Below are positions 1 to 11,349 of a DNA stretch of 64,000 nucleotides, piece after piece. The position numbers and the translations under genes were made by a program. The notes under the pieces are model-generated. The model worked only from the letters and a program-made list of their open reading frames with translations, ran no database searches and had not been told where the DNA came from. The stretch comes from Octopus vulgaris (Eukaryota), in contig OX597828.1 of the NCBI GenBank assembly GCA_951406725.2, forward strand, positions 44,950,001-45,014,000. The letters are read 5' to 3'. Position 1 is the stretch's first letter. The number at the start of each line of letters is the position of its first letter.

Positions 1-806
1 AAACAGACACAGAGCCTGAGCAGCTCTTCAGCTGGTCTGTTCTTGTCCAACCAGCCAACTCATGCCAACATGGAAAATTGACATTAAATAATGATGATGA
101 TAATGATGTGTGTGTGCGTGTGTGTAATGGGCTTCCACACAGTTTCCATCTATCACATTCACTCACAAGGAATTGGTTGGCCAGGAGACTATAGAAATAG
201 ACACATGCCCAAGGGGCAATACAGAAGGTAGGCTGAACCCAAAGCCATCTGGTTGTAAAGCAAGTTTCATAACCCTGCAGCTAAGCCTTTCTTTTAGGCT
301 TTTGATGTCAGATATCTTTTGAATCATTCATGTTTGGTTAAGTATTTTTTCATTCACTGATAGATATTGCCATCCTATGCAGTGTGTTTAACTTACTGTA
401 AGGCATTAGGGGCCGATGCTGCACCATGTTGACTACACACACTTACCCAATTTTACAGCTAGATAGTTAGGAAATTGTTTAGCAAAAGGAGTCTTCTTAA
501 GACTGCGTGCAGCAAACCATTAAATTAATAGTGTAGATAATATTCATATTGTTCTTCTTTCCATATATTGGAACTTCGTTAAAATTCATTCAAGCAATGA
601 AACAGACAAATATTAAATTGAAATATTGCCAAATTGTCTTTTAAACATTGGTTTCGGTAAATCTATTGACGAATTTGAAATTTGGAATTCATTTCTTAAA
701 TCAAGCATGACTTGCTTGCTGCCTTCAGTGAGCAACGGTTTTTCTTTACTGCTTTTACAGTTTGCTTGCATGAAAAGGTAAAACTAGGTGAAGTGGAATG
801 ACTTAC

Positions 807-848
807 AGGATTGGAAAAACTTCTAAACATTCTGTCGTCTATTAATTC
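807..848 (-). CDS. candidate 42-nt micro-exon (ELIDDRMFRSFSNP), gene unidentified
   Basis: Minus strand ...cttctacattaaAG|GAATTA...AATCCT|GTAAGT: strong donor, weak AAG acceptor, phase 0-0 open frame, in non-repetitive sequence. No homology recognised. Confidence 0.3.
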
Positions 849-1045
849 CTTTAATGTAGAAGATAATCAAGCATAAACAATATTCAAAATTTTTTAAAAA
901 ATGGGAAAAAGATAAACGTAAAATTCTAATCACTAAAGTTACAGATAACCTGATCTGTGAGAGTGTCCAGCAGCAAAGCAATGATCTGTGTTGTATTTGT
1001 AACAAAACATCTAATTTTCCCTCCTTAATCAGTCCCACTAGGTAG

Positions 1046-1680
1046 TGGGTAGCAATTTTCTTCACTACTTCAGGGAGTGATGACCCTGCCTGACACAAGT
1101 CCCGGGCTCAACTGGCTCCAGCTGACAGTACCCGGTATGGGTCCCTATAATAATAGAGACAAATACTATCAGATCATTGATGTAGCCATATCAAATGACA
1201 TGAATGTTGTAAGGAGATTGAAGAAACCACCAAGTACTCCGAATTGAAAGTGGAAATGGCAAGACTGTATGGAACACAAGAAGGTAATGTAAAAGGTAAA
1301 TGGGTAGCGATTTACTTCACTACTTCAAGGAGTGACGACCCTGCCTGACACGAGTCCCAGACTTAGCTGGCTCTAGCTGACAGTACCCAGTATGGGCCCC
1401 TATCCAGGGTTACAGAAAGGAGACAACCTTCAAAGAAATCTGGAGTAGAGCCCTGTAGATGGTTTAGTGTTCAACTTGACACTCTTCCAGCAGCTCCTGA
1501 AATCAAGCTGGTGCCAAACGTAAGCAAGGTTGAGAGAGGAATCCTGACGATTGGGCTACCCAGGATTTTCTTACATCTAGCCCAGGTCTGCGCAAAACTG
1601 GAGAGGACATTGAAATGTAAAAACCAGACTGGATTAGTTTATGTTTAACACCATTGTCTCCTGAGACAAAAGGATGCTAA
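1046..1680 (+). mobile_element. RTE-associated non-autonomous repeat with a ~100-bp direct duplication (1046-1148 vs 1300-1402)
   Basis: Two similar copies of gggtagc...cttcactacttca(g/a)ggagtga..accctgcctgacac.agtccc...gctgacagtaccc.gtatggg.ccctat are seen directly. The RTE assignment is inferred from remembered motifs (cagcagctcctg..aagctggtgccaaacg). Confidence 0.45.
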
Positions 1681-1770
1681 CAAAAAAATCAGTCCCTCTA
1701 ACTGTAAATTTATTTCATTGATTGCAACATCTTTTAGATTTACTAATTAATGTTCATATATACTTATAAG

Positions 1771-2750
1771 TTAGCAGAATCATTAACAATCTAGGTAAAG
1801 AGTTTAGAAGCATTTCATCCATCTTTACAGTCTGTGTTAAAATTGTGTCAACATTGACTTTGCTTCTCATCCTTTTGGAGTTGATAAACGAAGTACCAGT
1901 TGAGCACTGGGGTCGATGAAATTGACTTATCCCCACCTCAGAAATTGTTGGTCTTAAGCTAATATGAATGCACACTTCCAGGTAGTGAGCTGGCAGAATC
2001 ATTAACGTGTGGAACAAAATGCTTAGCAGCATTTCGTCTGTCTTCATACGCAGGGTTCAAATTTTGCTGAGTTTGACTTTGCCTTTTGTTCTTTCAAGGT
2101 CAGTAAAATAAATACGAGGTAGGGGCCACTCCGAAAGGGGTCTCAGGGAGTAGCATCCCCGCCTTCCTGACCTAGTTTTCCATCACATTTCTTAAAAATC
2201 GTAGCAGAGGCCTTGGTCATGGGACCACTTATGTTTAGAAACTGAGGTTAGGAGTAAGCAAGGGCATGCTCCCCGTAGAAAATCCAGCTCCAAAAAAGCC
2301 TCATGATAGCAAGGGAGAAAGGGCACCACTCAACCAAAATGTTGGGGTGGGCTGCACCTACCTAACTCAGCTGCTATGGCATTGAGGTAGATCAAGCCAC
2401 CCCTGTTAACAGAGACAAAACCCGGATTTAAAACACTGGATGATGATGAACACTGGAGTTGGCGTAATCAACTAACACTTCCCACAAAATTGCTGGCCTT
2501 GTGCCAAAGTTTGAAATCACGAGTAAGAAATATACTTAAAGGTAGCGAGCTAAAGAATTCTTAGTATGCTGGGCAAAATGCTTTGTGGCATTTCATCAGT
2601 TTTCCCATTCTGAGATGAAATTCCAATGTAGTCAACTTTGCCATTCATTCTTTGGGATTAATAAAACAATTACCAGCTGAATTCTAAGATTAATATACTC
2701 AACTTACATCTGCTAAAATTGCTGGTCTGGTGTCAAAGTTTGAAATCAAT
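1771..2750 (+). mobile_element. tandem copies of SINE family B (tRNA-like head, central gtcgactttgcctttcatcc..ggggtcgataaa..aagtaccag), interrupted by another repeat at 2122-2449
   Basis: Repeated head gagctggcagaatcattaac...ttcaaatt (A/B-box-like) and tail ggccttgtgccaaagtttgaaatc; the same family occurs many times in the window. Confidence 0.8.
2122..2449 (+). mobile_element. dispersed retroposon-like repeat ending in (GAT)n; second copy inverted at 12972-13296
   Basis: ggggtctcagggagtag...aaactgaggttaggagtaagcaagggcatgctccccgtagaaaa...ctggatgatgatg matches the reverse complement of 12972-13296 along its length. Confidence 0.75.
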
Positions 2751-2754
2751 GGGG

Positions 2755-3108
2755 CGACCTGCTGTGCTTGAGGAGATCTATTGAGTCAAATACATCAACA
2801 TCAAAATAAAAATCAAATGGAATTGTAGTTGTGATACCCATGCCGGTGGCACCTAAAAAGCACCAACCAATTGTGGCCATTGCCAGCCTCCTCTGGTCCC
2901 TGTCTCGGTAGCACGTAAAAAGCACCCACTACACTCATGGAATGGTTGGCGTTAGGAAGGGCATCCAGCTGTAGAAACACTGCCAGATCAGAGACTGAGC
3001 CTGGTGCAGCCTCTTGACTTCACAGACCCCGGTTGAACTGTCCAACCTATGCTAGCATGGAAAACGGACTTTAAACGATGATGAGGATAATGATGATGAT
3101 GATGATGA
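2755..3108 (+). mobile_element. SINE/RTE-tail family D (ggttggcgttaggaagggcatccagctgtagaaac...ccatgctagcatggaaaacggacgttaaacgatgatg)
   Basis: Same motif recurs at about 1-106, 10630-10780, 25915-26110(-), 41070-41250, 42195-42360, 53095-53265(-) and 59720-59960(-); (GAT)n tail is typical of RTE-mobilised elements. Confidence 0.8.
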
Positions 3109-3290
3109 CTTTAGTAATTTGTAATACCTAAATAGTTGTTATATGACTCTGAGGAGGCAATGAGTAAGAAAAATTTGGAATCTGATGTAGATGGCGATGG
3201 GTTTTTGCAGTAGCAACAGTGGGTATCATCTACTTAAGTGATGAAATAAGATATATAAAACTCCCTTTGGACAATGTACTTTCTAAAATG

Positions 3291-3692
3291 TGAGCTTGCT
3301 TACCAACCACATGGTTCCAGGTTCAGTCCCACTGCATGGCATCTTGGGCAAGTGTCTTCTACTATAGCCTTGGGCCGACCAAAGCCTTGTAAGTGGATTT
3401 GGTAGACAGAAACTGAAAGAAGCCTGTCGTATATATGTTTATATATATATATAAATATATATGTACGTGTGCATATATGTTTGTGTGTCTGTGTTTGTCT
3501 CCCCCCTACCAAAAAAAAAACATTGCTTGACAACCTATGCTGGTGTGTTTACGTCCTTGTAATTTAGCGGTTAGGCAAAAGAGACTGATAGAATAAGTAC
3601 TAGGCTTACAAAGAATAAGTCCTGGGGTCGATGTGCTTGACTAAAGGTGGTGCTCCAGTATGGCCGCAGTCAAATGACTGAAACAAATAAAA
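3291..3692 (+). mobile_element. SINE family A (tRNA-derived head, CORE-like ggcatcttgggcaagtgtcttct, internal microsatellite, tail ggtgctccagcatggccgcagtcaaatgactgaaac)
   Basis: Near-identical to copies at 7082, 8251, 9618, 24358, 56045 and 62052; B-box-like ggttcagtccc. Confidence 0.85.
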
Positions 3693-4897
3693 AGGAGAGT
3701 ACACAAACACACGAGAAAACTCATTGCAGATTAATGAAACAGAAAGAAATTTGAAAAATACAATTTGATAAAGACTCAAAATTTTGCGAAATATAAAAGC
3801 ATCTTTGTAGGTTCATTTTAACATTATTTGATATCTCTGTAATTATTAAAAAATTTCTTCTGTTTGTACTGCTTATTGAAGCAGAGCAGTTGGTGCACCT
3901 ATAGCAAATATTAATGCTATTTCAATTAATTTTATATTATATCTATGGTCAATACAGAATTGATTAAGTTTGGGGAAATGTAAGAAGGCTGGAACAAGCA
4001 GTTAAAGTTTATATTCGTTAGTTATATTTGTTGTTAATAAGTGTGATGTTCTATATGTAATGTATTCTAATTTTAATACCACAGAATTTTAATAAGCACT
4101 GAAATAATGAACTGTACATCTATGTAGTTTCAGCAACCCTTAGCTCTGTCATTCTAGGTATGTATTGTCCTAAAACATAAACTTATTGATGTAAGGTCTC
4201 CTTTGTAGGTAACAGTGACACAAAGGGCTATACGGAGCTGAATGAAAATTCTTTTAATACCTATTCAAACAACATAAGTATGATTAAACACTCAGAGAGA
4301 ATACTTATCAATTATCTACATAGACATATCAGACGCTTAGAGTATAAGTGCAAAACCTATTATAAATCGATTAGTCTTATATTGAACATAATATCCAAAT
4401 TTATTAATGGCTCTACAAGACATTACTTTAGTCTTGCAGAGAAGTATGACATCACCTTAGAGCATTTTGCAGTTTAGAACAATTATGAACAATGGAATTT
4501 TTGCAAACACTTGCATCACTATTTGCAGAGGAATTACCAAGTACCAACAGGCAAAAATAGTTTACTACTCACATAATGAATTTACCATATCATAGAATAT
4601 GGTCACATTATGAAAATCATTTATAAATACATCAAAACTAAAGCTTTTTTTTACAATAGCTGCCTTCAGCAGTTACATTTGTCTTACAACATTACAATGA
4701 CATAAATTGTGGTTTTTCCAGGTAAATGGTTGAGTATATCATAATATTCTGCCTATGGTAACTAAACAAATCAATGCATATTGTAGTTTTGAAAGATATT
4801 TTGGTAACTAGTGTAATCTCGTTGACTTATCATATGTTAGTGTCTGTGAATATTTTTGCATTTCTATTGTCTCACTGCTTTCCTACTTCTGTTTTAA

Positions 4898-5105
4898 CCC
4901 TTTTGATACCAACCCGGCTTAAACCGGCTCTTGCTCTGTAGTACAAATGTCTTGCTTTCATAAGTTTTGAATTAAAATCTTTCACCAAACCTTAGTCACA
5001 ATTAATGTTCCTAACACTAGCTTAATGATAACTAAGTTATTTTACTAAATTCTTTGTTATATTTAAAATAATTGAAAGAAACAAAGAGCATCTCAAAATA
5101 AATAC
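4898..5105 (+). mobile_element. piggyBac-like MITE, truncated copy of the element at 57221-57441
   Basis: Begins TTAA|CCCTTTTG; body is the reverse complement of 57221-57441. Confidence 0.75.
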
Positions 5106-5146
5106 TTTTGAAAATCAATGACTGTGAAACTGGTTAAGTGTATATA

Positions 5147-6099
5147 TCAAGGTCATCCCATAAGTTCTGTCCGAATTTTGAATAAAGAAAACAAAAGATA
5201 AAATGTTATATTTAATTAAAATTTAACCATCGATGTACTTTCTCTGATTATCTATGACTTCCTTCCATCTATTTATAAGCTTTTTAATCCCATCAATGTA
5301 AAACTCTTTTGGTCTCAAAGTGAAGAATTCTGAAATGTCAGTTTCAACCTACTCCTGGCTTGCGAAAGTTATGTAACCCAAATGGTAGTCTGAAGGAGCA
5401 AGGTTGGGAGAATGCGGTGGATGAGGAATTTTTTCCCAATCAAGCTCTTCGATCTTCTGTGATGTAATCTTTGCAGTGTGGGATCGTGCATTGTCCTGAT
5501 GAAATATCACTCCTTTTTGATTCACTAAAGCAGGTCTTTTTTTCTTCAAAGCTTGGTTCAAACACTCTAATTGCTAACTTGAGCATTGATTGTTGCATTA
5601 GGTGGTAACAATTCAAAGTGAATTACTCCTTTGCAATCCCACCAGATAGAGAGAAGAACCTTTTTCCCTTCTCAGTTGTGGTTGAGATTTTTCCCTTTTA
5701 CCATGCCACTGTTTATGACATTTAATATTTCGACAGAAGAGCCATTTTTCGTCACCAGTCACAAGTCTATATAAAAAGGGTGAAATGAGCTCGTGAGAAG
5801 GGAGAGGAAGAGCAGATGTCAACTGAGTGTATGTTTCAAGTTGCTTTTGCTGCAGAGTTTGCTTTTTGTACTCATAAAGCATTATATGCCTCAAATGCTC
5901 TTTGGATACTTCCATGTTAAAAAGGGTTTTAATCAAACAAATTTTAATTCTATTATCCTGTAAAATAATATTTAATTAGTTTAAATGTACACAAATGCAT
6001 AACAATAATTTTTAATTCCATTAAACATTCTAAAATACTATTAAATTTCATTCAATTTTAAAAACGGTAAAATCGGACAGAACTTATGGGATGACCTGA
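5147..6099 (-). mobile_element. decayed mariner (DD34D-type) transposon, internally deleted, TIRs intact
   Basis: TIRs tcaaggtcatcccataagttctgtccga (5147-5174) and tcggacagaacttatgggatgacctga (6073-6099), TA-flanked; minus-strand ORF fragments carry LVTGDEKW, FHQDNARSH and HPPHSPNLAPSDYHL; frameshifted. Confidence 0.93.
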
Positions 6100-6107
6100 T
6101 ATATATA

Positions 6108-6425
6108 TATATGAATAAATGAAAGAATGGAGTCGAACGAAGATGTTAACAAAATTCCTTTACTCTCGACACATGTTTCATTTGGAATGAAAACATGCTG
6201 TCTTCGAAACATATGTCGAGAGTAAAGGAATTTTGTTAACATCTTCGTTCGACTCCATTCTTTCATTTATTCATATACAACACACAAATTTCTGCACATG
6301 AACCCGGAGTTTCTACTCTTGACAGGTCGCTTCAACCGTGTTTCTGACGTGAATTTGCTACCCAGGTTTCGGTTAAACGAATTTTCCATGTTAACGATAA
6401 ACATAGGATAATTCATTCACCTCTC

Positions 6426-6430
<5 letters not shown>
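6108..6430 (+). repeat. fold-back element: ~72-bp inverted repeat (6108-6179 / 6206-6277) plus unique tail, between (TA)n tracts; Penelope-like relic
   Basis: Arms match with one mismatch by eye; right arm starts GAAACATATGTC, the 3' half of a minimal hammerhead motif. Confidence 0.8.
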
Positions 6431-6477
<47 letters not shown>

Positions 6478-6782
6478 CATACACACACAAATAAAGGTTA
6501 CAAACCTCATTAAGGGTTAGCAAAATTCTATGAAAGTAGTGGTTAGTTATCTATACAAAGAATATTGAATATTATAGTTAATACTCAACTGCAAGGTAAC
6601 GATATAAACCATGGTTTATATATATTTATTTATTTTGACAAGATAAGAAAATAGAGAGATAATTAATAAATTATTATTGATTAATTAAAACATTGACCAA
6701 AAAAATGACAAAAAATTGTTAATTTCTTAATTAATGGATAATTATCAATTATCTCTCTATTTTCTTATATATATATATATAT

Positions 6783-7065
6783 CTGGCCTGGTGATTAAAG
6801 CTTCTGGCTCACACACATAAGATAGTGAGTTTGAGTTCCAGATCAGGCTGTGTGTTGTGTTCTTGAGCAAGACACTTTATTTCACATTACTCCAGTTCAC
6901 TCAGCTGTAGAATTGAGTTGTGACATCGCTAGTGCCAAGCTGTATCGGCTGTTGCATTTCCTTTACAGAACATTCGTATTCATGGGTGACTGCTGGCCTT
7001 CCATAAACAACCTTGCCCAGACTTGAGCTCCAAAGGGTAACTTTTTAGGTACAATCCCACAGTCA
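6783..7065 (+). mobile_element. SINE family C (tRNA-like head, gtgttcttgagcaagacacttt...ctccagttcactcagctg)
   Basis: Matches reverse complement of 26370-26706; related copies at 30395, 40068, 49850, 55213 and 61435. Confidence 0.75.
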
Positions 7066-7081
7066 TCACTCTCTATTTTGC

Positions 7082-7482
7082 TCTCTTTACTCTTTTACTT
7101 ATTTCAGTCAGTTGACTGCGACCATGCTGGAGCACCACCTTTAGTCGAGCAAATCGACCCCAGGACTTATTTTTGTAAGCCTAGTACTTATTCTATCAAT
7201 CTCTTTCGTTATGGGTATGTAAACACACCAGCATTGGTTGTCAAGCGATGTTGAGGGAACAAACACAGACACACAAGCATATACATATATATTTATATAT
7301 ATATATATATATATACATATATATGACGGGCTTCTTTCAGTTTCCATCTACTAAATCTGCTCACAAGGCTTTGGTCGGCCCGAGGCTATAGCAGAAGACA
7401 CTTGCCTAAGGTGCTATGCAGTGGGACTGAACCTGGAACCATGTGGTTGGTAAGCAAGCTACTTACCACACAGCCACTCCTA
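7082..7482 (-). mobile_element. SINE family A copy
   Basis: Reverse complement of the 8251-8671 copy. Confidence 0.85.
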
Positions 7483-7853
7483 TGACTGAAGGTTCTTTTT
7501 CACCTTTATACATACATGCACACGTGCACACAAACATACACGCACATGTATCTTTTATCTTTTATTTGTTTCAGTCATTTAACTGTGGCCATGCTGGAGC
7601 ACCATATATATATTTACATTTATAGATTTGAATAAGTTTTTCATATTTTCTCTTATTTTTTCTATACTATTGCTTGTTTTCATTAGTAATGAATATATGT
7701 GTATACACACACACACACACATACATATAGACACACACACACACATACATATAGACACACACACACACATACATATAGACACACACACATCAACAAACAT
7801 ATATATAAATGCATATATCTATCTACCACTCTAGCTATCTTTGTCTATCTGTT

Positions 7854-7886
<33 letters not shown>

Positions 7887-7891
7887 ATCTC

Positions 7892-7932
<41 letters not shown>

Positions 7933-8250
7933 TTATCAATCGCATTAGCTTCAGCTCACTTACTGTGAAGCAAAAACAATTCTGAGCATTAATAACAATA
8001 GTGATGAAGGTGTTGGAGAGGAACAAAGTGAAAGCAAATTTCTTTTGTGAAATCCTGGGGTTGATGAACTCATTTCTTTGTGGTTAACTGTTCATTTAAC
8101 AATTCATTGATTAATATAATATATCTAAGTAATTAATCGAGTAAGACTTTGATTCTGATGACTTTCTTAGATAATTTAATTGTACACACATATACAATGT
8201 AACTCCAAAACACAAATACACACGTAATAAATGTATATATATATATATAT

Positions 8251-8671
8251 AGGCGCAGGAGTGGCTGTGTGGTAAGTAGCTTGCTAACCAACCACATGGT
8301 TCCGGGTTCAGTCCCACTGCGTGGCATCTTGGGCAAGTGTCTTCTGCTATAGCCCCGGGCCGACCAATGCCTTGTGAGTGGATTTGGTAGACAGAAACTG
8401 AAAGAAGCCTGTCGTATATATGTATATATATATATATATATATGTGTGTGCGTGTGTGTGTTTGTATGTCTGTGTTTGTCCCCCTAGCATTGCTTGACAA
8501 CTGATGCTGGTGTGTTTACGTCTCCGTAACTTAGCGGTTCGGCGAAAGAGACCGATAGGATAAGTACTAGGCTTACAAAGAATAAGTCCTGGAGTCGATT
8601 TGCTCGACTAAAGGTGGTGCTCCAGCATGGCCACAGTCAAATGACTGAAACAAGTAAAAGAGTATAAAGAG
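8251..8671 (+). mobile_element. SINE family A, full-length copy
   Basis: aggcgcaggagtggctgtgtggtaag (A-box-like), ggttcagtccc (B-box-like), CORE-like centre, tail ending gaaacaagtaaaagagta. Confidence 0.9.
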
Positions 8672-8759
8672 TAATATTGAAATGAAAACATACAGTCATA
8701 AACATGGAAGAAATAAAAATAAGCAAATAAACAGCATTCAAAAATGATAGGGGAGTTGG

Positions 8760-9813
8760 TTAGTTGGGGCTGTATGAGCATTTGTTTGAAATAATTTGGA
8801 AAAGACCTTGGTCCATGGAACATACTAACTTCTGGATCTCCTCTGATGTTATACTATGAGATACATCCACTATTGCCTGCCACTGTTCATTTTTGCTCCT
8901 AAATTGGTGTCCATTCTCGTAAACTCATCACTTTATAAATACTCCATAAGTTTTCTGTTGGGTTCAAATCAGGGTAACAGGCAGGCCACTTCAGTTACTG
9001 AGGTCCACAGAAGCCTAACTGTTGCAGATATTCTGTAGCTTTCTCTGCTGACTGCGAAGGTGCATTATTTTGCATGAATATTATGTTTGTCTTTTTAAAC
9101 CAAGATTCAAGGTGCTCCTTCAGAAATGCTACGTAAGCATCCATGGTCACATTTAATACCGGCAGGCACTTTCCAAGGACCAACTATAATACCTCCAATA
9201 ATACTTGCCCAAATCATAACGCCTCCTCCCTCTCGTTGGTGTCTTGTGTTGATGATGACCTCCATTTAGAATCCATCTCTTGCTCCAATCATCAGGTGCA
9301 TCATCGGTAGCATGAACTTCGCCTGTAAACGAAACTTTAAAAAATTCAGTCTTCATGTTATCTTCTGTCCATTTCAGATGATTTTGTGTGTATTTTTTTT
9401 AAAGGAGGCCTTTTAATGTCACTGGTTTACCAGCCTTTTTTTTTTTTTTTTCAGAAGATAGTTCTGGATACCGTTGTTTTACCAATGCACTTGCAATATT
9501 CTCCACTTCTAAGACCTGGCTTCTTTGCAGCTTCACACTTAATTCGTGACAAAGAATGTTGAGAAACAACCCTCGACTGACCCTTGTCAGGAGCTGTAAC
9601 AGATTTTTTTCACAGTTTACTCTTTTTTTTTTTTTACTTGTTTCAGTCAGTTGACTGCGGCCATGCTGGAGCACCGCCTTTAGTCGAGCAAATCGACACC
9701 AGGGCTTATTCTTTGCAAGCCTAGTACTTATTCTATTGGTCTCTTTTGCCAAACCGCCAAGTTATGAAGAAGCAATCACACTAGCATCTGTTGTCAAGCG
9801 ATGTTGGGGTGGA

Positions 9814-9875
<62 letters not shown>

Positions 9876-10380
9876 CATATATACGATGGGCTTCTTTCAG
9901 TTTCCATCTCCCAAATCCATTCACAGGGCTTTGGTCTGCCCGAGGCTATAGTAGAAGACACTTGCCCAAGGTGCCATGCAGTGGGACTGAACCCAGAACC
10001 ATGTGGTTGGTAAGCAAGCTACTTACCACACAGCTACTCCTGCACCTATATATATTGGTGATATATTCCAATTATTTTCCATATTTCTAATGTTGATTTA
10101 CCTATTGCAAGTTCAGAAGTAATAACAGATTTCTCAGAAGCAGTTAAATCATATTTATGACCCATAATTACACAATTATCAGATCATTCATTAATAATTT
10201 GGAACACTGAAAGTTCATGGAAATGATGGAAATGGCCGTGGTCTGTTTACACTTGCACAAAACCTCACATATTTTACACACCACACCCATATAACTGTGG
10301 AAATTTCATTGAATGCCAACAAGTAAGTTTTAAATATAATAAACACATGTTACATCATTAATAGTTTGAAATACAGTGTA
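8760..10380 (-). mobile_element. decayed Tc1-superfamily transposon (TRT/DD37E-like), transposase pseudogene interrupted by a SINE at 9618-10047
   Basis: Minus-strand translation: MGHKYDLTASEKSVITSELAIGKSTLEIWKIIG from 10165, then MKTEFFKVSFTGEVHATDDAPDDWSKRW, FMQNNAPSQSAEKA, a WPAC-PDLNP-ENLW-like motif and SMDQGLFQIISNK near 8790; terminus-like cagtgTA at 10380. Subfamily is inferred from remembered motifs. Confidence 0.85.
9618..10047 (-). mobile_element. SINE family A copy nested in the Tc1-like element
   Basis: Reverse complement of family A with (CA)n centre; the transposase reading frame resumes on both sides. Confidence 0.88.
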
Positions 10381-10402
10381 TATGTATATGTGTTTGTGTG
10401 TG

Positions 10403-10551
10403 TCTCCTTGTTTTTTCTGTGTCCCTTTCTGTAGAAGAGCGTAGGCTCGAAACGTAAAAGACTTTTTCTATTCCTGAGCATTATACTAATACATCTGTTT
10501 GTTTTGTACACCACCTGTCTTCGTCTTTTGTTTTTTTCGTAAACTCTCCCT

Positions 10552-10552
<1 letters not shown>
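10403..10552 (+). mobile_element. Penelope-like non-autonomous repeat with minimal hammerhead-like motif, abutting (TA)n
   Basis: cttt-CTGTAGA-a-gagc(gtag)gctc-GAAA-cg-TA-aaag at 10425-10460; longer copies at 22175-22391 and 29817-30311. Confidence 0.65.
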
Positions 10553-10595
<43 letters not shown>

Positions 10596-10782
10596 ATGTA
10601 TATAAAATATATATGTGTCATCTCTGCTGATGCTGAGTGGTTGGTATTAGGAAGGGCGTCTAACCACAAAAACCATACCAAAACAGACAGCAAAGCAGGG
10701 TGCAGTCTTTTGCCTAACTACCTCCTGTCAAACCATTCAACCCATGCTAACATGGAAAGCTGACGTTAAATGATGATAATAC

Positions 10783-10822
<40 letters not shown>

Positions 10823-11314
10823 TCATTATCATGCACACACACACACAGGGGTAGAGATAGTTAGATATATAGATTCTAAGAAGTATATTCTTTCCATGGA
10901 CATATTTTCAATCAGGTGTATTTTTGCAGTACCAAGGAAAAAATATATATGTAATCTATAAATGTGCATTTCTATTTAAAATAGAACCATCACATAAATA
11001 TAGAAAGCAAAAACAAATTAGAAAAACAACTCTAAAAAAAAACGATGATGTAAGAACTAAAAAAGAAACGTAAAATATCCAGTATTAAAATATTTCCAAG
11101 ACATTTTTTAAAAGTAAAAATAATTTAAAATATTGATTTCTATCATTATTTTAAAATATTAAATGAAAAACATTCAGACAGCAAAATTTCTTGATAGAAT
11201 TTCCTGTTATATATGAAATACTTAAATTTAATAACAAACAAAGAAACGAATCCTAGTATTTATGTGTGTGTATGTGTGTGCGTGTCCATGCATATGTGTG
11301 TGTATATACATATG

Positions 11315-11349
<35 letters not shown>

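Noticed and set aside
4128-4720. Plus-strand exons/ORF near 4.2-4.5 kb
   Set aside because: Implied intron is only 51 nt, frames contain stops and no homology is recognisable.
8111-8500. Recurrent peptide [18 protein letters not shown] as a gene family
   Set aside because: It is the antisense translation of the SINE family A head.
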